DNA of 32,000 nucleotides from Ectothiorhodospiraceae bacterium (GTDB lineage Bacteria; Pseudomonadota; Gammaproteobacteria; SZUA-152): NCBI GenBank assembly GCA_002401775.2, contig NVUB02000039.1, positions 4,322 to 36,321 of the forward strand, read 5' to 3'. Shown piece by piece: positions 25,120 to 32,000 of this stretch (position 1 is its first letter; each line of letters starts with the position of its first letter). The notes under the pieces were generated by a model. It saw only the letters and a program-made list of their open reading frames with translations, ran no database searches and was not told where the DNA came from. The position numbers and the translations under genes were made by a program.

Positions 25120-26661
25120 ATGCAATTAAATCCGTCTGAAATCAGTGAGCTGATTAAAAAACGAATCGAGAATTTTGACGTCTCCACCGAGGCGCGCAAC
25201 GAAGGCACCGTAGTGGGTATCACTGACGGTATCGTGCGTATCCACGGACTGTCTGACGTTATGTTGGGCGAAATGATCGAGTTTCCTGGCAATATCTTTG
25301 GTATGGCTTTGAACCTCGAGCAAGACTCTGTTGGTGCCGTGGTATTAGGCGCTTACGAAGGCATCACCGAAGGCGATAAAGTGCAATGCACTAAGCGCAT
25401 TCTTGAAGTGCCAGTTGGCCCAGGCCTGTTAGGTCGTGTCGTCAACTCTTTAGGTGTTGCTATTGATGGCAAAGGCGCCATTGAAGCCACTAGCCATGAG
25501 CCCATTGAGAAAGTCGCTCCTGGCGTTATCGAACGTAAGTCAGTTGATCAGCCTGTACAGACGGGTCTGAAAGCTATCGATGCCATGGTGCCAGTAGGTC
25601 GAGGTCAGCGTGAGTTGATCATCGGCGATCGCCAGACCGGTAAAACGGCTGTTGCTATCGATGCCATCATCAACCAAAAAGATACAGGCATTAAATGTAT
25701 CTACGTTGCTATCGGCCAAAAGGCTTCTTCTATTGCGGCAGTGGTTCGTAAACTGGAAGAGCACGGCGCGTTGGCACATACCATTATCGTTGCCGCGTCT
25801 GCTGCTGATCCTGCTGCCATGCAGTACATCGCACCGTATGCCGGTTGCACCATGGGTGAATACTTCCGTGACCGTGGCGAAGACGCCATGATCATTTATG
25901 ATGATTTGACCAAGCAAGCATGGGCATACCGCCAGGTATCTTTGTTGCTACGTCGTCCGCCAGGCCGTGAAGCCTATCCTGGTGATGTATTCTATCTCCA
26001 TTCCCGTTTGCTGGAACGTGCTTCCCGCATCAATGCGAAGGAAGTAGAACGTCTCACCAAGGGTGAAGTGAAAGGTAAGACCGGTTCTTTAACCGCCTTC
26101 CCAATCATCGAAACCCAAGCGGGTGACGTGTCGGCCTTCGTGCCAACAAACGTGATTTCCATCACTGACGGTCAGATCTTCCTCGAAGCTGATTTGTTCA
26201 ACGCCGGTATTCGTCCAGCGATTAACGCCGGTTTGTCGGTGTCTCGAGTGGGTGGTGCAGCACAAACCAAGATCATCAAGAAATTGGGTGGTGGTGTACG
26301 TCTTGATTTGGCTCAGTATCGTGAACTGGCGGCTTTCGCCCAGTTTGCTTCTGATCTGGATGAATCAACCCGTAAGCAGATCGAACGTGGACAACGTGTC
26401 ACCGAGCTGATGAAACAGTTGCAGTATTCGCCACTGTCCGTCGCTGAAATGGCTTGTTCACTGTTTGCCGCCAACGAAGGTTTCCTTGATGACGTCGACG
26501 TGAAGAAAGTCGTGGACTTTGAAGCTGCACTACACGCCTATCTGCGTGCCAATGCTGCTGATCTGCTCGCGAAGATTGATTCAACGGGTGACTACAACAA
26601 AGACATCGCCGCTGAAATGACTGCTGCTATTGAGAAGTTCAAAGCATCGGGCACTTACTAA
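25120..26661 (+). CDS. atpA: F0F1 ATP synthase subunit alpha
   Basis: Walker A motif GDRQTGKT, with full-length similarity to AtpA. Confidence 0.98.
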   Translation: MQLNPSEISELIKKRIENFDVSTEARNEGTVVGITDGIVRIHGLSDVMLGEMIEFPGNIFGMALNLEQDSVGAVVLGAYEGITEGDKVQCTKRILEVPVGPGLLGRVVNSLGVAIDGKGAIEATSHEPIEKVAPGVIERKSVDQPVQTGLKAIDAMVPVGRGQRELIIGDRQTGKTAVAIDAIINQKDTGIKCIYVAIGQKASSIAAVVRKLEEHGALAHTIIVAASAADPAAMQYIAPYAGCTMGEYFRDRGEDAMIIYDDLTKQAWAYRQVSLLLRRPPGREAYPGDVFYLHSRLLERASRINAKEVERLTKGEVKGKTGSLTAFPIIETQAGDVSAFVPTNVISITDGQIFLEADLFNAGIRPAINAGLSVSRVGGAAQTKIIKKLGGGVRLDLAQYRELAAFAQFASDLDESTRKQIERGQRVTELMKQLQYSPLSVAEMACSLFAANEGFLDDVDVKKVVDFEAALHAYLRANAADLLAKIDSTGDYNKDIAAEMTAAIEKFKASGTY

Positions 26662-26725
26662 GCGCTTAAGCGCAAGGCTTAAGCTTAGGACTTTCCGTTA
26701 GGAGCTTTCCGTTTAGGAGAAAGGC

Positions 26726-27586
26726 ATGGCAGTTGGCAAAGAGATACGCACCAAGGTCAAAAGCGTTCAAAATACGCAGAAGATCACGCGTGCCATGGAA
26801 ATGGTCGCGGCAAGTAAAATGCGTAAGGCACAGGATCGTATGAGGGCTTCACGTCCTTATGCGAAAAAGATTCGCAACGTGATTCATCACTTGGCACAGT
26901 CGCATCCTGAATATAATCATTCCTACATGCAGGACCGCGAGGTCAAGCGTGTTGGTTTTATCGTGGTCTCCAGTGACCGTGGATTGTGTGGTGGTCTTAA
27001 CGCCAACATGTTCCGCATGACCCTCAAAACATTGAAGGGCTGGGATGACAAGGGTGTCGGCATAGATATTTGTGCCATCGGTTCCAAGGGGACTGGTTTT
27101 TTCAGACGTTTGGGTAGCAACATTACCGCGGAAATATCCCAGCTCGGCGATGCACCACGCATCACCGATATGATAGGTACCATCAAAGTGATGTTGGATG
27201 CCTATGATAATGGTTCAATTGATCGCTTGTTTGTGGTGTACAACGAATTTGTCAGCACCATGACACAAGATCCGCAAATTGAGCAGTTGCTGCCAATTCA
27301 GGCTAAAGAAGAAAAAGAGTATGCCCATCACTGGGATTATCTCTACGAGCCAGAAGCCAAAGAAGTGATCACTGATCTGTTAACACGTTACGTTGAATCA
27401 CTGGTCTACCAGGCCGTGGTAGAAAACGTAGCCAGCGAACAGTCGGCACGAATGGTCGCCATGAAGGCCGCATCGGATAACGCCGGTGACCTGATCGACG
27501 AATTGAATCTGGCCTATAACAAAGCTCGCCAAGCAGCGATCACTCAGGAAATTTCCGAGATCGTCAGCGGAGCATCGGCCGTATAA
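26726..27586 (+). CDS. atpG: F0F1 ATP synthase subunit gamma
   Basis: N-terminal [32 protein letters not shown] and C-terminal [17 protein letters not shown]. Confidence 0.97.
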   Translation: MAVGKEIRTKVKSVQNTQKITRAMEMVAASKMRKAQDRMRASRPYAKKIRNVIHHLAQSHPEYNHSYMQDREVKRVGFIVVSSDRGLCGGLNANMFRMTLKTLKGWDDKGVGIDICAIGSKGTGFFRRLGSNITAEISQLGDAPRITDMIGTIKVMLDAYDNGSIDRLFVVYNEFVSTMTQDPQIEQLLPIQAKEEKEYAHHWDYLYEPEAKEVITDLLTRYVESLVYQAVVENVASEQSARMVAMKAASDNAGDLIDELNLAYNKARQAAITQEISEIVSGASAV

Positions 27587-27594
27587 ATATAACT

Positions 27595-27722
27595 CAGATA
27601 CAAGAGAAAAGATGAAAGATGAAAGCGAACAATAGCGCGAGGCTCGAAGTTAATGCTCGTGTAAATACGCGCAATTCGCATTTGTCTTTTACTTGTATCT
27701 TTACACTTTTATCTTTTATCTG
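27595..27722. repeat. Imperfect 31-bp inverted repeat in an unusually long atpG-atpD spacer
   Basis: The left arm is cagatacaagagaaaagatgaaagatgaaag (27595-27625). The right arm is 27692-27722, whose reverse complement is cagataaaagataaaagtgtaaagatacaag. They match at 24 of 31 positions, with a purine-rich arm facing a pyrimidine-rich arm. Confidence 0.6.
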
Positions 27723-27742
27723 AAATTTTTAAAGAGGACTGA

Positions 27743-29122
<1,380 letters not shown>

Positions 29123-29149
29123 TATAAGCAGGATGTAAGGAGTTAGGAA

Positions 29150-29578
29150 ATGGCTATGACTATGCATGTAGACGTTGTTAGTGCCGAGGAAGAAATCTTC
29201 TCCGGCCCAGCCACAATGTTGTTTGCCCCAGGAGCGATGGGTGACTTGGGCATAATGCCTCGTCATGCACCGCTACTGACTCGCATCAAGCCCGGTGAAG
29301 TTCGTATCATCACCGAGCAGGGTGCGGAAGAAGTCGTGTTGTATGTGTCAGGTGGAATGTTAGAAATTCAACCTGAAGCCGTCACCATCTTAGCGGATAC
29401 CGTGCAACGCGCGGGCGACATCGACGAAGCAGCCGCACTTGAAGCCAAAGAGCGCGCTGAAAAGCTATTGTCAGACCAGAAAGACGACGTCGATTACGCC
29501 GCAGCCTCCGCCGAATTGGCCGAAGCAATGGCACAACTGCAGGCCGTACAACGCTTGCGGAAGAAAATCGGACAGTAA
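29150..29578 (+). CDS. atpC: F0F1 ATP synthase subunit epsilon
   Basis: [19 protein letters not shown] parallels E. coli MAMTYHLDVVSAEQQMFSG. Confidence 0.96.
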   Translation: MAMTMHVDVVSAEEEIFSGPATMLFAPGAMGDLGIMPRHAPLLTRIKPGEVRIITEQGAEEVVLYVSGGMLEIQPEAVTILADTVQRAGDIDEAAALEAKERAEKLLSDQKDDVDYAAASAELAEAMAQLQAVQRLRKKIGQ

Positions 29579-29642
29579 AGCTCAATGCCAGAAGCTGGCA
29601 GACAGAAAACATATTGAAAAATGTGCGCAAAAGAATATAAAG

Positions 29643-29671
29643 AAGGGCGGCTAACTACCGCCCTTTTTTAT
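29643..29671 (+). terminator. Rho-independent terminator of the atp operon
   Basis: The stem aagggcgg (29643-29650) pairs with ccgccctt (29658-29665) around the loop ctaacta, followed by ttttatt. Confidence 0.8.
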
Positions 29672-29729
29672 TGGTGTTAGTATGAGTAAAACAAAGGGTG
29701 TAGGGAACCAGGAACGTCGGTTTTTGTAG

Positions 29730-29752
29730 GTCAGGTTACGCCGTTACCTGAC
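29730..29752. repeat. REP-like hairpin in the atpC-glmU spacer
   Basis: tgtag-gtcaggt-tacgccgtt-acctgac. A second tgtagggtgggc... unit lies about 90 nt downstream. Confidence 0.4.
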
Positions 29753-29944
29753 AGCAAGCGAGAACAAAACAACCAGACCGTTACGAACTACACAACGTGA
29801 ACTACGCTTATGGGTCTGAGTGTGTAGGGTGGGCAATAAACCATACCCGCCCCACGGAAGACTCCAATGCTAAGGACTTCGGATTGCTCATTAATGGTTG
29901 TGCATATTACTCTAGGAATGAATAAATAAGGATTTATCGACGCC

Positions 29945-31330
29945 ATGACTGTTGAAGTGCCATTAAGTGTTGTTGTTCTGGCTGCAGGTCAGGGCACTCG
30001 CATGAAATCTGATCTACCCAAGGTATTGCACTGTATTGCAGGCCAGCCACTGGTAGAACATGTCATAAAAGATGCTTTAGCACTTAAAGCATCCGACATT
30101 CATGTCGTTTACGGCCATGGTGGCGAGCAAGTCCAAAATGCCTTGTCGGCTTACGACCTGATTTGGGCACAACAAACCGAAAGACTCGGCACCGGCCATG
30201 CTGTTGAGCAAGCGCTGCCAGCCATCCCGGATGACCATTTAATATTGTTGTTATACGGTGACGTGCCACTAATAACCGTCGCAACGCTAAAACGACTTAT
30301 TACCGTTAGCGTGACAGAAGCAGGCAATGATGCGCTCGCATTATTAACCGCAAAGCTGAGTGACCCCACTGGCTATGGCCGAATCGTGCGTGATAACGAT
30401 GGAAATATTCAAGCCATCGTTGAGCAAAAAGACGCCACTGAATCACAACTCACCATTACTGAAATAAATACTGGCATGCTGGCCGTTAAGGGCAAGCTAT
30501 TAAAGAAGTGGATAAACAAGCTCGATAACAATAATGCCCAGGGTGAATTTTATCTCACCGACATTGTTGGTATGGCGGCAAAAGACGGTGTGCCAATCAC
30601 CAGTGCCAATCCGACAGAAATCAGTGAAATAGAAGGCGTCAACAACAAACGTCAATTAGCGGGTCTTGAGCGGGCGTTTCAATTACGCCAGGCTCATCAG
30701 TTAATGGAAAGTGGGCTAACCTTACTAGACCCGGCCCGTTTTGACTTACGCGGAGAGCTGATCATAGGCCGTGATGTTTCAATTGATATTAATGCCGTAC
30801 TAGAAGGGCAAATAGTTCTGGGTGACGGCGTCACCATCGGCCCTAATGCAGTGCTAAAAAATGTCAGCATCGGTAGCGGAACCCAGGTACACGCAAACTG
30901 TGTACTAGAAGACAGCGTAGTGGGAAGCGATTGTGATATTGGCCCTTACGCACGGTTACGGCCACAAACAACATTGGCTGATAAAGTCAAAGTCGGCAAC
31001 TTTGTTGAAATAAAAAAATCCACTATTGCTGAAGCAAGCAAAGTAAACCACCTGAGTTATGTCGGCGACACCACCATGGGAAGCAACGTCAATATTGGCG
31101 CCGGTACCATCACCTGTAATTACGATGGTGCAAATAAACATCAAACGGTCATCGGTAATAACGTATTCGTAGGTTCCGGAACACAGCTAGTCGCACCCAT
31201 AACAATAGCCGACGGCGCAACCATCGGAGCAGGCTCAACCATCACAAAAGATGCAGTAGCAAACAAACTGACGCTAACGCGGCCAAAACAACTCTCAGTG
31301 GATAACTGGCAACGTCCCATAAAAAAGTAA
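29945..31330 (+). CDS. glmU: Bifunctional UDP-N-acetylglucosamine pyrophosphorylase / glucosamine-1-phosphate N-acetyltransferase
   Basis: N-terminal VVVLAAGQGTRMKSDLPKVLH and C-terminal left-handed beta-helix hexapeptide repeats (NVNIGAGTITCNYDGANKHQT). Confidence 0.97.
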   Translation: MTVEVPLSVVVLAAGQGTRMKSDLPKVLHCIAGQPLVEHVIKDALALKASDIHVVYGHGGEQVQNALSAYDLIWAQQTERLGTGHAVEQALPAIPDDHLILLLYGDVPLITVATLKRLITVSVTEAGNDALALLTAKLSDPTGYGRIVRDNDGNIQAIVEQKDATESQLTITEINTGMLAVKGKLLKKWINKLDNNNAQGEFYLTDIVGMAAKDGVPITSANPTEISEIEGVNNKRQLAGLERAFQLRQAHQLMESGLTLLDPARFDLRGELIIGRDVSIDINAVLEGQIVLGDGVTIGPNAVLKNVSIGSGTQVHANCVLEDSVVGSDCDIGPYARLRPQTTLADKVKVGNFVEIKKSTIAEASKVNHLSYVGDTTMGSNVNIGAGTITCNYDGANKHQTVIGNNVFVGSGTQLVAPITIADGATIGAGSTITKDAVANKLTLTRPKQLSVDNWQRPIKK

Positions 31331-31424
31331 CGAGATTCGAGGCACAAGTGTCGCAGCCAAATTACCAGAACAGTAAAGGCTCTCAATAACGTAACCCTAG
31401 ACCCTAAATACCAGGTACTGATTT

Positions 31425-32000
31425 TATGTGTGGAATAGTAGGTGCAGTAGCAGACAGAGACGTAGTCCCCATTTTATTGGAAGGACTTCGCCGCCTAGAA
31501 TACCGTGGCTATGATTCAGCCGGTATCGCCGTATTAGACGCCACCGGAAATCTGGACCGTGTGCGGTCCATGGGTAAGGTCGCCAAGTTAGCAGAATCCA
31601 TGGAAGATAAGCTTAGCGGTAAAGTCGGCATTGCCCATACCCGTTGGGCAACGCACGGCGTTCCGAGCCAAAGCAATGCGCACCCCCACATCTGCCGAGG
31701 TACGGTTTCCGTTGTCCACAACGGCATCATTGAAAACCACGAACAGCTACGCGCCACACAAACCCAAAACGGACATAAATTTACCTCGGAAACAGACACC
31801 GAAGTCGTCGTTCATCAAATCTATGATTACCACACAGACCAAGGACAAGACTTATTAACCGCAGTGCAATCAGCCGTCGCTGATTTCGACGGCGCATATG
31901 CCTTAGGTGTCATCAGCTCAAAAGAACAAGGCCGAATGATCACCGCCCGCCGAGGCAGCCCGCTCGTCATCGGTGTCGGTATTGGCGAATATTTTATCGC
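31425..32000 (+). CDS. glmS: Glutamine--fructose-6-phosphate aminotransferase: N-terminal 192 codons, with the 3' end outside the window
   Basis: MCGIVGAVADRDVVPILLEGLRRLEYRGYDSAGIAV...GIAHTRWATHG...HPH. The frame stays open to the window edge, so it is absent from the ORF track for lack of a stop codon. Confidence 0.95.

Noticed and set aside
31425-32000. A Tn7-type insertion site (attTn7) associated with glmS
   Set aside because: attTn7 lies downstream of the glmS 3' end, which is outside this window, so nothing can be said.

Overview
The window looks like a gammaproteobacterial chromosome; I cannot assign a genus from sequence alone. It splits into two parts.

(A) 1-16.2 kb is a mosaic accessory region:
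- Decayed defence genes: an HsdR N-terminal fragment fused to a frameshifted Abi_2 fragment at 1-727, and a 5'-truncated SymE-family toxin fragment at 12251-12358 on the minus strand.
- Between these remnants, a tightly packed same-strand cluster (1273-12075). It encodes exported proteins: a ChrB-C-like/rhodanese fusion, a ferric-reductase-like di-heme membrane protein, a TolB-like beta-propeller, two FlgD-Ig/PKD-rich proteins and a small secreted protein. It ends in a 1159-aa RHS/YD-repeat toxin that carries a Sec-type signal peptide, followed by a probable immunity gene.
- An AT-rich islet holding a frameshifted Amidase_2 peptidoglycan amidase, translationally coupled to a Cys-rich exported protein.
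- mltF.
- Several families of interspersed repeats: a 151-bp MITE with perfect 18-bp terminal inverted repeats (TIRs) and 11-bp flanking duplications, a ~112-bp GACACCCA-core element present in 2 full and 2 partial copies, and REP-like 'cgtcattccggc...gccggaatgacg' hairpins.

(B) 16.4-32 kb is the conserved housekeeping block: mnmG, a DUF302 gene, rsmG, parA, parB, atpZ-like, atpI, atpBEFHAGDC, glmU and the 5' part of glmS. Its oddities are seven tandem 13-14-bp repeats between parA and parB, a 160-bp spacer with an imperfect 31-bp inverted repeat between atpG and atpD, and a small hydrophobic ORF upstream of the DUF302 gene.

No tRNA, rRNA, CRISPR array, transposase or integrase gene was recognised.

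The best candidate for something undescribed is the signal-peptide RHS toxin co-clustered with exported Ig-like, PKD and propeller proteins, with no T6SS, PAAR, VgrG or Tc components in view. That interpretation is inference from domain recognition by eye and needs HMM and gene-neighbourhood checks.
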